Assembly: GCA_030059665.1 (NCBI GenBank)
Contig: JANVYR010000002.1
Coordinates: 32,001 to 96,000, forward strand
Direction of reading: 5' to 3'
Source: Candidatus Calditenuis fumarioli
GTDB lineage: Archaea; Thermoproteota; Nitrososphaeria_A; Caldarchaeales; Calditenuaceae
DNA: 64,000 nt
Below, one piece after another: positions 46,070 through 56,135 of the stretch. The notes beneath the pieces are model-generated. The model was not told the DNA's origin and did not search any database. It saw nothing but the letters and a program-made list of their open reading frames with translations. Made by a program: the position numbers and the translations under genes. Within the stretch, counting starts at the first letter, position 1. Each line of letters starts with the position of its first letter.

Positions 46070-46117
46070 GTGGCTGCCGTATGGAAAACCTGATCTATTG
46101 GATATAATTGCCAATTT

Positions 46118-47401
46118 TTGATGAGCGGTGGTGGTGCGTTCTCGAGACCGGTCTTTGCCGCCTCCCTGGCGGTCGCGCTTCTGCTGGGCCTGGTGGCCGG
46201 GTTCCTCATCGGAGGTGGCGCTTCAGGAGGGGTCAGGACGGTAACGGCGACGAGCCTCCTCGAGCGTCGGCAGACGGTCACGGAGCAGCTGACCCTGATC
46301 CAGACGTCCACCGTCGTTCGGGAGAGCACGCTGACGGTCACCAGGACCGAGACGGTTCAGGTCGAGAGGAGGGAGCCCGAGGTCAGGTACGCCAAGTTCT
46401 TCTCCTTGGAGCGGGGCGATGGGTACTCGGTTCTCAGGGACGGGCTGAACAGGACGGTGCTGCTGGTGAGGCGCGGCCACAGCGTACCTCAGGGCGTCAA
46501 GGCGGACATCGTGGTGCAGGTGCCGGTGCAGAGGATGGTGCTGATGTCGGCCACCCACGTCGCGCTGATCGAGCGACTTAGGGAGTACGCTCCTGACGTC
46601 TGGGACCGAGTGGCCGGGATCATGTGGGGCGGTTCCTACCGGTGGTTCTTCCCCGAGGTGGAGAGGAGGCTCTCGGACGGTAAGCTCGTCGACGTGGGAG
46701 CTGCATGGTCGCCCGATTACGAGAAGCTGATCGCGCTCAAACCCGACCTGGTAGTCATCTACACCTTCGAAGGGGACCCTGTGAGGTCGAAGCTCGAGGA
46801 GCTGAAGATCCCTTACGTCGTCAACAGCGAGTACCTCGAGACCACCCTCCTCGGGAGGTTCGAGTGGATCAAGCTCTTCGGAGCCCTCCTCGGCCTCGAC
46901 GACGTCACCGCTAAGGTCTTCGACCTGGTCGAGTCGAAGTACATCCTGATCGCCCGGAAGGTCTCGGCGTCGATGGTCACATTCGGTCTCAGGCCCGTGA
47001 AGGTCGCCTGGTTCTCCATTTACAGGGGCACAATATACGTCGCCGGAGGCCAGAGCTATGTGGCCAACGCCATCGCCGACCTCAACGCGGTCTACGCCTT
47101 CCCGGACCTGCGCAGCACTGGAGGTGCACAGGTGAGCGTCGAGGACTTCGTGGCGAGGGCCCGCGACGCGGACGTCCTGGTCGTCTCAACGGACCTCCTG
47201 ACGTCCATCGAGGCGCTGACGGAGGAGTTGCCCCAGATCGCCGAGTTCAAAGCCGTCAGGGAGGGCAGGGTTTACCGTTTCAACTCCAACATCTACCAGC
47301 TGGGCTACATGGACACCGAGGGCTGGTTCCTCGACCTGGCCTCGATGCTCTACCCCGATCTCTTCCCCGGACACGAGCTCTCCTACTTCGTCGCGATGTG
47401 A
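46118..47401 (+). CDS. Fe-siderophore/cobalamin ABC transporter substrate-binding protein
   Basis: N-terminal TM anchor, YAKFFSL, PVQRMVLMSATH, PDYEKLIALKPDLV, EYLETTLLGRFEWIKLFG. Confidence 0.88.
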   Translation: MMSGGGAFSRPVFAASLAVALLLGLVAGFLIGGGASGGVRTVTATSLLERRQTVTEQLTLIQTSTVVRESTLTVTRTETVQVERREPEVRYAKFFSLERGDGYSVLRDGLNRTVLLVRRGHSVPQGVKADIVVQVPVQRMVLMSATHVALIERLREYAPDVWDRVAGIMWGGSYRWFFPEVERRLSDGKLVDVGAAWSPDYEKLIALKPDLVVIYTFEGDPVRSKLEELKIPYVVNSEYLETTLLGRFEWIKLFGALLGLDDVTAKVFDLVESKYILIARKVSASMVTFGLRPVKVAWFSIYRGTIYVAGGQSYVANAIADLNAVYAFPDLRSTGGAQVSVEDFVARARDADVLVVSTDLLTSIEALTEELPQIAEFKAVREGRVYRFNSNIYQLGYMDTEGWFLDLASMLYPDLFPGHELSYFVAM

Positions 47402-47410
47402 GGTAGCCTC

Positions 47411-48409
47411 ATGAGGGCCTTCGCGCTGCCGCTGTTGCTGGCGTCCCTGCTGGCCTCCGTGCTGGCCTCTACGGCCATCGGTTCGGTCAGGGTTCCCCTC
47501 GACACGGTTGTGAAGGGCCTGTTGGGCATCAGGGTGGAGGGGCTCGCCTCGACCGTCATCGACCTCAGGCTCGTCAGGACTGTGGCGGCCCTCCTCTCCG
47601 GTGCCTCCCTCGGCGCCGCTGGCGCGATCCTCCAGTCCCTCTTCCGGAACCCCCTCGCCGACCCCTTCGTGCTCGGGATATCCTCGGGCTCCTCGCTCGC
47701 CATCGCGGCCACCCTCATCGCCGGAACCGGACTCGGCCTCATCAGCTCCTACGACCCCCAGGCCCTCTACGTGGCAGGTGCGCTCGGCGCTTTCGCGGTC
47801 TCCCTCGCGGTCGTCGCACTCTCCTCCCTCGTCAGGTCGAGCCTCGGGCTGGTGCTGGTGGGCGTGATGCTGGGCTACCTCGCATCAGGCCTGACGACGC
47901 TGCTGGTGGTGACCTCCGATGCCGAGAGGATCAGAGCCTTCACCTTCTGGACCCTCGGTACCTTCTCCGCCTCGAAGTGGTCGGTGCTGACGCCCGTCCT
48001 CCCGCTCGCGTTGGCCTCCCTCATCGCCTCCTCCTTCGTAGCCAAGCCCCTGAACGCCCTCCTCTTCGGCGAGGAATCGGCTGCCTCCATGGGCGTCTCC
48101 CTCCGGGCCTCCCGGGTCGGTGCGGTCGCCGTATCGGCCTCGCTCGTCAGCGCCTCCGTGGTCGTCTCGGGTCCTGTGGGCTTCATAGGCCTCGCGGCCC
48201 CACACGCCGTCCGGCTCCTCCTCCGCTCCGAGGACAACCGGGTGATCGTCCCCCTGTCAGCGGTTTTCGGCGCCAACCTCGCGATCCTCTCGGACGTCGC
48301 CGCGAGGACGCTCCTCTCTCCGATCGAGCTCCCGGTGACCGCGATCACCTCGCTCTTCGGCGCACCGACCATCGTCCTGCTGGTGCTCAGGAGGTGGGGC
48401 TTCAGGTGA
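47411..48409 (+). CDS. FecCD/BtuC-family ABC permease
   Basis: LFRNPLADPFVLGISSG, LLFGEESAASMG, GPVGFIGL.APH. Confidence 0.93.
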   Translation: MRAFALPLLLASLLASVLASTAIGSVRVPLDTVVKGLLGIRVEGLASTVIDLRLVRTVAALLSGASLGAAGAILQSLFRNPLADPFVLGISSGSSLAIAATLIAGTGLGLISSYDPQALYVAGALGAFAVSLAVVALSSLVRSSLGLVLVGVMLGYLASGLTTLLVVTSDAERIRAFTFWTLGTFSASKWSVLTPVLPLALASLIASSFVAKPLNALLFGEESAASMGVSLRASRVGAVAVSASLVSASVVVSGPVGFIGLAAPHAVRLLLRSEDNRVIVPLSAVFGANLAILSDVAARTLLSPIELPVTAITSLFGAPTIVLLVLRRWGFR

Positions 48410-49659
48410 GGGCAAGAGACCTCCGAATCGGCTACGGCAGGAGGGTCGTGCTCGAGGACGTCTCGCTCGAGATAGAGCCCGGGACTCTGACGCTCGTCGT
48501 CGGCCCCAACGCTGCGGGCAAGTCGACGCTCCTGAGGTCGCTCGCAGGTATACTCAGGCCGCTGGGCGGCTCGGTCCTGATCGATGGCAGGGAGGTGCAC
48601 CGGATGAGGAGCAGGGAGAGGGCCAGGTCGATCGGCGTCGTCCTCACCGGAAGGCCCCAGCTCTCGGAGATGACGGTGGAGGAGGTGGTGGGCATGGGGA
48701 GGTATCCGTGGACAGGTGCGCTCCACATCCTCTCCCGCAGGGACAGGGAGGTCGTTGAGTGGGCGATGGAGGTGACGGGGACGTCGCACCTGAGGGGTAG
48801 AAGGATCTCCGAGCTCAGCGACGGCCAGCTTCAGCGCGTGCTCATCGCCAGGGCCCTCGCGCAGGAGCCGAGGTACCTGATCCTCGACGAGCCAACGACC
48901 CACCTCGATGCACCCTCGAGGATAGAGGTGATGAGGCTCCTGAGGGACCTCGCCCACGGGCACGGCGTTGCTGTCGTCGCCTCGACGCACGAGCTCGAGC
49001 TGGCCCTCCGCTTCGCCGACAGGGTCGTCATGGTCTCCTCGGGATCCATGAAGGTCTACGAGCGTCCGGAGGAGGCCGTGCAGGACCCGGAGTTCCTGAA
49101 GGCGTTCTCCGTCGGAGACGCGGTCACCCTCTCACCGGTCACGCTGTCGCTCGAGGTGATGGCCCGACGCGATGAGGGAGCTCCCAGGGCTTTCGTGGTC
49201 TCCGGCGCGGGCACCGGACCCCCGGTCTTCAGGGCGCTGTTGCGGAGGGGTTTCAGCGTGGCCGCTGGAGTTCTGCACCGGAACGACGTCGACTACCACG
49301 TCGCCACCTCGCTCGGCCTCGAGGTCGTGGGTGAGCGGCCCTACTTCCCGATATCTGACGAGGCGCTGCGGGCTGCCGTCGAGCTGGCGGCCTCCTCGGA
49401 CCTGATCGTCTTCACCTATCCGCCCATCGGTCCCCTGAACTCCGGGAACCTCAGGCTGGTCGAGGAGCTGGTGGAGAGGGGCCTCGAGGTCTACGGGGTC
49501 GGCGCCGATGAGGCCTACGGGGTTCCGGGCGTGAGGTTCGTCGGCTCGGTAGACGAGGTTCCGCTTATCCGGGAAAGGCGGATATCCGTCGCGGCCCGAC
49601 GTGGGGTGTGGTCAGGGACCCGCTGTACAAGTTCTTCGCGGACGTCCAGCGCGTTTTAG
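48406..49659 (+). CDS. FecE/BtuD-like ABC ATPase with C-terminal extension
   Basis: GPNAAGKST, LSDGQLQR, LDEPT; GTG start overlapping the permease stop. Confidence 0.9.
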   Translation: MRARDLRIGYGRRVVLEDVSLEIEPGTLTLVVGPNAAGKSTLLRSLAGILRPLGGSVLIDGREVHRMRSRERARSIGVVLTGRPQLSEMTVEEVVGMGRYPWTGALHILSRRDREVVEWAMEVTGTSHLRGRRISELSDGQLQRVLIARALAQEPRYLILDEPTTHLDAPSRIEVMRLLRDLAHGHGVAVVASTHELELALRFADRVVMVSSGSMKVYERPEEAVQDPEFLKAFSVGDAVTLSPVTLSLEVMARRDEGAPRAFVVSGAGTGPPVFRALLRRGFSVAAGVLHRNDVDYHVATSLGLEVVGERPYFPISDEALRAAVELAASSDLIVFTYPPIGPLNSGNLRLVEELVERGLEVYGVGADEAYGVPGVRFVGSVDEVPLIRERRISVAARRGVWSGTRCTSSSRTSSAF

Positions 49660-50225
49660 CGAGATCCGTCGAGCTGAGGCACCTGCACCTCGCAGACGGC
49701 ATCAGGGTGTGCGCGATCGACGCCTCCTACTCGGAGAACCGGGTGCGGGTGGGAGCGGTTCTGTGGGAGCTGCCGTCGATGACCGCGCTCGAGGAGGTCC
49801 GGTTCTCGGGCACCACGCACTTCCCCTACATTCCCGGCCTGTTCTACCTGAGGGAGGGGCCCTTCGCGGCCGAGGCCTTCAGGCGCCTCTCGGTGAGGCC
49901 TGACCTACTGCTCCTAGAGGGCCACGGCGTAGCTCATCCCAGGAGGGCAGGCCTCGCCTCGATCGTCGGTTTGGTGACCGGTACGCCCGCCGTGGGCATC
50001 GCGAAGCGTCTCCTCTGCGGCACCGTCGTATGGGGGGAGGGTGGCAGAGGATGGGTCGAGCTGAAGGGGGAGCGCGTGGGGGTCGCCTACAGGGTCGGTA
50101 CGAGGGTCTACTACCTGTCCCCGGGGCACATGACGGACCTCGAGACTTTGCTGGAGCTGCTGGACCTCACCGGAGGTAGGCCCCACGAGCTGGTCAGGAG
50201 GGCCCACGAGCTCTCGCGGTCATGA
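49608..50225 (+). CDS. nfi: Endonuclease V
   Basis: AIDASY, FPYIPGLFYLRE, G.AHPRRAGLAS, GIAK. Confidence 0.88.
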   Translation: MVRDPLYKFFADVQRVLARSVELRHLHLADGIRVCAIDASYSENRVRVGAVLWELPSMTALEEVRFSGTTHFPYIPGLFYLREGPFAAEAFRRLSVRPDLLLLEGHGVAHPRRAGLASIVGLVTGTPAVGIAKRLLCGTVVWGEGGRGWVELKGERVGVAYRVGTRVYYLSPGHMTDLETLLELLDLTGGRPHELVRRAHELSRS

Positions 50226-51188
50226 TCCAGCGGCCGGTATGCGCGGCTTGACTAGGCCCAGCTTCACGCCCTCGACGAACCTGATCGCCTCGAGCGCGGC
50301 CATGCACCCGAACCCCGCCGCGGTCACCGCCTGCCGGTACCTCTTGTCGTGGACGTCGCCGGCCGCGAAGACGCCATCCACGCTCGTCTTCACCAGGTCG
50401 CGTGTGACGATGTAGCCCTCCTCGTCCAGCTCCAGCCAGCCCTTGAAGACCTCCGTTGCCGGCGCGTGCCCTATCGCGATGAAGACCGCCTCGCACGGGA
50501 TCACGCTCACCTCTCCCGTCTTCAGGTTCCTCACCCTCACGCCGGTCACCCGGTCCTCTCCGAGGATCTCCTCGACGACGCTGTCCCAGACGAAGGTGAT
50601 CTTCGGGTTGGCGAAGGCCCGCTCCTGGAGGGCCTTCGATGCCCTGAGCCTGTCCCTCCTGTGGATCACAGTCACCTTCTCTGCGAGGTTGGCGCAGAAG
50701 AGGGCGTACTCCATCGCGCTGTCACCCCCTCCCACCACGACCATGTTCTTCGCGCCCCGGAAGAGCGGCGCGTCGCACGTCGCACACCCGGAGACCCCCC
50801 TCCCCATAAGACGCCTCTCCGACTCGAGCCCGAGCCATTTGGACGCTGCACCGGTTGCCACGATGATCGAGAGCGTCCTGTACTCCTGGCTGCCGGTCCG
50901 GACGACGTACGGGTAGGTCGAGAGGTCGACGCCCGTCACCTCGTCGTAGACCACCTCAGCCCCTGCCCTCTCCGCCTGCTCCCTCATCCTGTCCATCAGC
51001 TCAGGTCCCATGATGCCCTCCGGGAAGCCGGGGAAGTTCTCGACGAGCGTGGTGAGCATCAGCTGGCCCCCAGGTGTGACGCCCGCGATCAGCAGCGTCT
51101 TCATCCCTCCCCTCGCGGCGTAGATCGCTGCCGTGCAGCCAGCAGGTCCTGAACCTATGACCACGACGTCGTAGACCTCCTGCTCCAT
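50220..51188 (-). CDS. trxB: Thioredoxin-disulfide reductase
   Basis: GSGPAG, GGQL...VENFPG, CATCD, GGGDSA, FAAGDV; start at ATG 51188. Confidence 0.96.
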   Translation of the reverse strand: MEQEVYDVVVIGSGPAGCTAAIYAARGGMKTLLIAGVTPGGQLMLTTLVENFPGFPEGIMGPELMDRMREQAERAGAEVVYDEVTGVDLSTYPYVVRTGSQEYRTLSIIVATGAASKWLGLESERRLMGRGVSGCATCDAPLFRGAKNMVVVGGGDSAMEYALFCANLAEKVTVIHRRDRLRASKALQERAFANPKITFVWDSVVEEILGEDRVTGVRVRNLKTGEVSVIPCEAVFIAIGHAPATEVFKGWLELDEEGYIVTRDLVKTSVDGVFAAGDVHDKRYRQAVTAAGFGCMAALEAIRFVEGVKLGLVKPRIPAAGS

Positions 51189-51334
51189 GCCGGATTGCTT
51201 CACCGAACGCTCGGTATTTGTGATTGTCTGGGTTACGGTGGATTCGACTCGATGGGCCATCGCTGTCCGGTCAGCGTCCCTGCGCTCGGAGTTGGCACGA
51301 GATTGATATGTGTCGATGGAGTTGGGAGCTCGGG

Positions 51335-52309
51335 ATGCCGCCGGTCAGATGCGCCAGGTGCGGTGCCGAGGACGCCCGGTACCACATCTCCTTCGCGAGG
51401 ACCTCCCTCTGCGCAGCGTGCTACGTGAGATACTACGAGCGGAAGCTCAAGGCGACGGTCCTGAAGTACGGGATGCTGAAGGTGATGAGGAGACCGCTCG
51501 TCGCCCTCTCCGGCGGCAAGGACAGCACCTCTGCTCTGGTCGGTCTGAAATCGGTCTTCCCGGACCTCGAGGTCACGGCGCTGTACATCGACCTGGGGAT
51601 TCCGGGGTATTCGGAGGAGTCGGAGCGCGTGGTCAGGAAGGTGACCGATGAGCTGGGCGTGGAGCTCATCGTTCACAGGCTCAAAAACGACGGCCGCACC
51701 GTCCCGGAGCTCGCGAGGGGGAGGTTCAAACGCAAGCCCTGCGCCATCTGCGGAACCGTCAAGCGCTACGTGATGAACAAAATCGCCATCGAGACGGGCC
51801 ACGACACGGTGGTGACCGGTCACAACCTGGACGACACGGTGGAGGTCCTTTTCGAGCTGTACAGGAGGGGGCTCCTGGAGGAGGCCGTGAGGCTGAGGCC
51901 AGTACTGCTCGGAGACGGCGTCAGGCTCACAAACCGCGTCAAGCCGCTCTTCGAGATGACGGACGAGGAGGACCTCTACTACGTCGACGCCAAGGGCATA
52001 GAGGTCGTCGAGAGCTGGTGTCCGCTCGTCAGGGGCGCGAAGACCGTCTCCAGGAAGGTCCTGATCCACGAGATCGAGTCGAAGATCCCAGGGTTCAGGC
52101 ACACGCTGCTGAAGGCCCACGTGAAGCGCTTCCTGCCGGTCCTGGAGCGGGCGATCTCCCAGCCGGAGCTGAAGAGGTGCGCCGTCTGCGGCTACCCGAC
52201 CACGTCCGATGTCTGCAGCTACTGCAGGGCCATGAGACCGGTTACGCTGAAGCGTGACGTCGGGAGTTCCGGGGCCGGAGCGTCGAACGGCGAAGAGGGG
52301 CTCAGGTGA
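51335..52309 (+). CDS. ttuA: TtuA/Ncs6-like tRNA 2-thiolation protein
   Basis: N- and C-terminal Zn fingers, SGGKDS PP-loop, CAICG, TGHNLDD, CP. Confidence 0.88.
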   Translation: MPPVRCARCGAEDARYHISFARTSLCAACYVRYYERKLKATVLKYGMLKVMRRPLVALSGGKDSTSALVGLKSVFPDLEVTALYIDLGIPGYSEESERVVRKVTDELGVELIVHRLKNDGRTVPELARGRFKRKPCAICGTVKRYVMNKIAIETGHDTVVTGHNLDDTVEVLFELYRRGLLEEAVRLRPVLLGDGVRLTNRVKPLFEMTDEEDLYYVDAKGIEVVESWCPLVRGAKTVSRKVLIHEIESKIPGFRHTLLKAHVKRFLPVLERAISQPELKRCAVCGYPTTSDVCSYCRAMRPVTLKRDVGSSGAGASNGEEGLR

Positions 52310-52775
52310 GGACGAACCGGTACTCCGACTTCACGACCCTAGTGGTGATCATGACGTTCATCTCCCTCACGCCGTCCATCTTCCTGAACTCCTCTATCCT
52401 CGAGTGGAGGTCCTGTATGTCCCTCGCGAAGACCACCGCGATCAGGTCCCATTCGCCGCTGAGCTGGTAGATGTTGGTCACGTCCCTCATCGAGGAGAGC
52501 CTCTCCAGCAGCTGGTCCACCCTCTTCGGATCGACCTTGAACATCACCGCGGCCGAGACGTTGAGGCCCAGCGCCCTCGGATCGACCAGCGCCGTGAAGC
52601 GCCTGATCACGCCGAGCCTCAGGAGCCTCTCGATGCGGTACCTGATCGTGTTCTCAGGCTGGTTCAGCCTCTTCGCCAGCTCCGATGCGGGCATCCTCCC
52701 GTCCTCCTGCAGGTGCGAGATGATCTTGAGGTCCAGCTCGTCCAGCCTCGGCGGCCTCCTCCCCTCCATCCCCAC
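52302..52775 (-). CDS. Lrp/AsnC transcriptional regulator
   Basis: LDELDLKII..LQEDGR....ELA, RI.RL...GVI..F, GEWDL. Confidence 0.92.
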   Translation of the reverse strand: MGMEGRRPPRLDELDLKIISHLQEDGRMPASELAKRLNQPENTIRYRIERLLRLGVIRRFTALVDPRALGLNVSAAVMFKVDPKRVDQLLERLSSMRDVTNIYQLSGEWDLIAVVFARDIQDLHSRIEEFRKMDGVREMNVMITTRVVKSEYRFVLT

Positions 52776-52821
52776 GCGGGTCGTTTCAGTACTGGATTAA
52801 TAGCGTGTACGGCGTCGATCG

Positions 52822-54645
52822 GTGATGGCGCAGCACGGTTCCGGGAGGCTCGGGGTTCTGACCATCGAGGGCGATGAGGGCTGGTCCGTCGCGGAGCTCC
52901 GGGAAGCGCTCGGCAGGCGAGGCGTCGTGGTCGAGTCGATCAGGTCCCCGGAAGAGCTTCCGTCGGTCGCTGGCCGAAGCGGTACGGTCCTGGTGGTGAC
53001 GGGCCCGAGGTCTGCTATTGGACTCGGCGAGGTCCTGAGGGAGCTGCTCTCGCACAGGCCTAGCGCGGTCCTCTTGGCCCTCGACCGTCACCTGATGCAC
53101 GAGCTCGAGGTCCCGCTCCCGCGCCGGCAGGTCATCGGCTTCAGGGCCTTCCAGGGTGCTAGGGGGAGGACTTCGGTCGAGCTTTCGGCGGGCTCCGATG
53201 TGCCTGGCGAGGTGCTCGACTCGGTTACCTCGCTGCTCCGGGCAGCCGGCATCAACGCCCTCCAGCTCCGAGGAGCGGATCCGGGACCCGTGGCTCCCAG
53301 GGTAGTCGCGGCCTATGCGGCCCAAGCGGGCGCGCTGATCAGGGACGGTGAGCCTCCCGAGGCGGTGGAGGCCGCTGCGGTCCACCGGCTCTGCTTCGGC
53401 CTCGGCCCGATCGGAGCTGTCAGGTCCTTCGGTCGCGAGCGGCTGGAAGAGGCGCTGAGGGTATCCGAGAGGTCAGGGGACGCGGCCGAAGGTCTGGACG
53501 TGATGAGGGATCTCCTCGGGGATTCGGATTCGGCGGCGGTCCCGGATCCGGTACCTCCGGTCGATCGGATGTGGTCGGTCGACTCGGCCCTCCTCCTGGC
53601 AGGCGTCGTGGGCGAGCTCTCGCTCCTTGCCTCCGAGATCGGCGTGGACCGCGCTGAGCTGGACACCTACGTCAGGGACCTGCTCGGCTCCCCTGTTGGC
53701 CCGCTGGCGTACGCCGACCTGCTGGGCCTCGATGCGATCGCGCAATCCCTGCGGCGCGGTCCAGTCCCTTCGAGGTGGGAGCGGGGCCTGAAACCGCTGA
53801 TCGAGCGGGGAGAGCTGGGAGCGAAGTCCGGCAGGGGCTTCCTCAGGTGGCACGTCGAGCTGGCCGAGGAGGGCAAGGTGCGGTACGAGCTGCGGGGGGC
53901 CTACGCGCTGATCACGCTTTCCAGACCCGAGAGGCTCAACGCCCTCGACGAGGGGATGTGGAGGGGGCTGCGCTCGGCGCTCAGGAGGGCCAACGGCGAC
54001 GACCGGGTGAGGGCAGTCCTCGTCAAAGGCGAGGGGAGAGCCTTCTCCGCGGGAGACGACATAGCGATGATGGCGGCTTGGAAGGGCTTCGGCGATGCGA
54101 AGGCGTGGCACGACGAGCTGCTGATGCCGCTTCTCAGGGAGCTTTTGGAGCACAGTAAGCCCCTGATAGCGCTCGTGGACGGCATAGCCTTCGGCGGGGG
54201 CTGCGAGCTGCTGCTCGGGTTCGACGTCGTCGTGGCCAGCGAGCGGTCGCTCTTCTCCGTCCCCGAGGTCCTGATAGGAGCCATCCCCCCGATCGCATCG
54301 AGCCTCGGACCCGCTTTCTTGGGCAGGAAGATCGCGAGGTATGCCCTGACGGGCGAGTGGATGACGGCCGATCAGGCCAGGGAGCTGGGGATAGTCGACG
54401 TGGTGGTCCACCACAGCCAGCTGGAGCAGGTCGGGGTCGAGTTCGTGGTGAAGGTGATCAGGTCGTCGCCGCAGTCGATACGCTCCGTCAAGGAGGTGAT
54501 CGCCGCGTTCCGGTCAACGCAATGGCCGCTGCTGGCGCTCGGAGCCAACAGGCTCGTCTCGCTCGCTTCCACAGAGGAGTTCAGGGAGGGAATGGAAGCC
54601 TTTCTGGGCAGACGTAGCCCTCGATGGTTCCTCGGCAAGAAGTGA
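52822..54645 (+). CDS. Fusion of degenerate 3-hydroxyacyl-CoA dehydrogenase-like region and enoyl-CoA hydratase
   Basis: C-terminal RPERLNAL, FSAGDDI, GIAFGGGCE, PEVLIG; N-terminal remnants GPLAYADLLGLD and GELGAKSGRGF. Confidence 0.8.
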   Translation: MMAQHGSGRLGVLTIEGDEGWSVAELREALGRRGVVVESIRSPEELPSVAGRSGTVLVVTGPRSAIGLGEVLRELLSHRPSAVLLALDRHLMHELEVPLPRRQVIGFRAFQGARGRTSVELSAGSDVPGEVLDSVTSLLRAAGINALQLRGADPGPVAPRVVAAYAAQAGALIRDGEPPEAVEAAAVHRLCFGLGPIGAVRSFGRERLEEALRVSERSGDAAEGLDVMRDLLGDSDSAAVPDPVPPVDRMWSVDSALLLAGVVGELSLLASEIGVDRAELDTYVRDLLGSPVGPLAYADLLGLDAIAQSLRRGPVPSRWERGLKPLIERGELGAKSGRGFLRWHVELAEEGKVRYELRGAYALITLSRPERLNALDEGMWRGLRSALRRANGDDRVRAVLVKGEGRAFSAGDDIAMMAAWKGFGDAKAWHDELLMPLLRELLEHSKPLIALVDGIAFGGGCELLLGFDVVVASERSLFSVPEVLIGAIPPIASSLGPAFLGRKIARYALTGEWMTADQARELGIVDVVVHHSQLEQVGVEFVVKVIRSSPQSIRSVKEVIAAFRSTQWPLLALGANRLVSLASTEEFREGMEAFLGRRSPRWFLGKK

Positions 54646-54709
54646 GTCGCCTCAATAAGTTGGGTCGGACAAAACCCGAGAAGCCGGCCTCAGCTCCTGT
54701 GGGGAGCTA

Positions 54710-56008
54710 TCACTTGCCGAACTTGGTGATCTCGCGCACTATTCCGGCGCCGATCGTCATGCCCATGTCCCTGAGCGCGAACCGCCCGAGCTGCGGGAAC
54801 TCGCTGTAGGGCTCGAGGGCCACCGGCTTGAGCGGCTGCAGCCTGACCACCGCGGCGTCTCCGGTCCTCAGGAACTGCGGGTTCTTCTCGACTACCTGAC
54901 CGGTCCTCGGGTCGATCTTGGCCTCGAGCTCGACGAACTTCACAGCGGTCTGGGCCGTGTGGATGTGCATCACCGGCGTGTATCCGACCGAGATCGCGGT
55001 GGGATGGTTGATTATGATGATCTGGGCCCTGAACTCCTCCGCGACCTTGCACGGGTTGTCGGGGTGGCTGACCACCATACCCCTGGCCAGCTGGTTCTTC
55101 TCGACGCCCTTCAGGTTGAATCCTATGTTGTCGCCGGGGACTGCCTGCTGGAGCGGGGTGTGGTGCATCTCGATGCTCTTGACCTCTGCCCTGAGGCCCC
55201 CGGGCATTATCACGACCTGGTCTCCAGGCCTCAGCACGCCGGTCTCCACCCTGCCGACGGGTACGGTCCCCACTCCCTTAATCGAGTAGACGGCCTGTAT
55301 CGGTATCCTGAGCGGTTTGTCGATCGGCTTCGGAGGCTCCTGGAGCATGTCCAGCGCCTCGAGGAACGTCGGTCCCGTGTACCACGGCATGTTCTTGCTC
55401 CGCTCGACGAGGTTGTCGCCCGTCCACCCCGAGACGGGGATGAAGGGCACCTTGGAGGGGTCGACGCCGAGCTGCTTCAGGAGGGCCGAGACGCCCTGCT
55501 TAACCTCCTCGTACCTCTCCTTGGACCAGTTGACGGTCGGGTCGTCCATCTTGTTAACCAGGACTATCAGCTGCCTGATGCCGAGCATGTAGGTCAAGAA
55601 CAGGTGCTCCCTCGCCTGACCACCTGGCCCTATCGCGACCTCGTACTCTCCCTTCTTAGCCGATATGACCAGGACCGCGGCATCGGCCTGAGAGGCACCG
55701 GTTATCATGTTCTTCACGAAGTCCCTGTGGCCCGGCGCGTCGATGATGGTGAAGAAGTTCTTCTTCGTCTCGAACTTGGTGTAGCTCGTGGTTATCGTCA
55801 GCCCCCTCTCCCTCTCCTCCTTCACCGTGTCCATGATGAAGGCGTAGACGAAGGTCTCCTTTCCGAGCCTCTTGGCCTCCTCCTCCAGCTGCTTCAGCTG
55901 CCTCTCGTCGATGGACCCGTTGAGCACCAGGAAGTGGCCTACGGTCGTCGATTTGCCGTGGTCGACGTGCCCTATCACGATCAGGTTGATGTGCGGCTTC
56001 CCGGACAT
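54710..56008 (-). CDS. tuf: Translation elongation factor EF-1alpha
   Basis: GHVDHGKST, ERERGLTI, DAPGHRDF, NKMD, GRFALRDMG. Confidence 0.99.
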   Translation of the reverse strand: MSGKPHINLIVIGHVDHGKSTTVGHFLVLNGSIDERQLKQLEEEAKRLGKETFVYAFIMDTVKEERERGLTITTSYTKFETKKNFFTIIDAPGHRDFVKNMITGASQADAAVLVISAKKGEYEVAIGPGGQAREHLFLTYMLGIRQLIVLVNKMDDPTVNWSKERYEEVKQGVSALLKQLGVDPSKVPFIPVSGWTGDNLVERSKNMPWYTGPTFLEALDMLQEPPKPIDKPLRIPIQAVYSIKGVGTVPVGRVETGVLRPGDQVVIMPGGLRAEVKSIEMHHTPLQQAVPGDNIGFNLKGVEKNQLARGMVVSHPDNPCKVAEEFRAQIIIINHPTAISVGYTPVMHIHTAQTAVKFVELEAKIDPRTGQVVEKNPQFLRTGDAAVVRLQPLKPVALEPYSEFPQLGRFALRDMGMTIGAGIVREITKFGK

Positions 56009-56036
56009 CTCGTCTCGGGTCGAGCTATCCCTTGGA

Positions 56037-56045
56037 AATATATAA
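56037..56045 (-). promoter_or_regulatory. TATA box of tuf
   Basis: TTATATATT about 30 nt upstream of the start codon. Confidence 0.55.
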
Positions 56046-56135
56046 CCTCAAAACCATACCGAGCGCGGAGCTCGGAGCAGGGTGAGAACCTCCCAAGAAA
56101 TCGGGAACCGAGCGGGGAATCGGACCGCGGTGATC

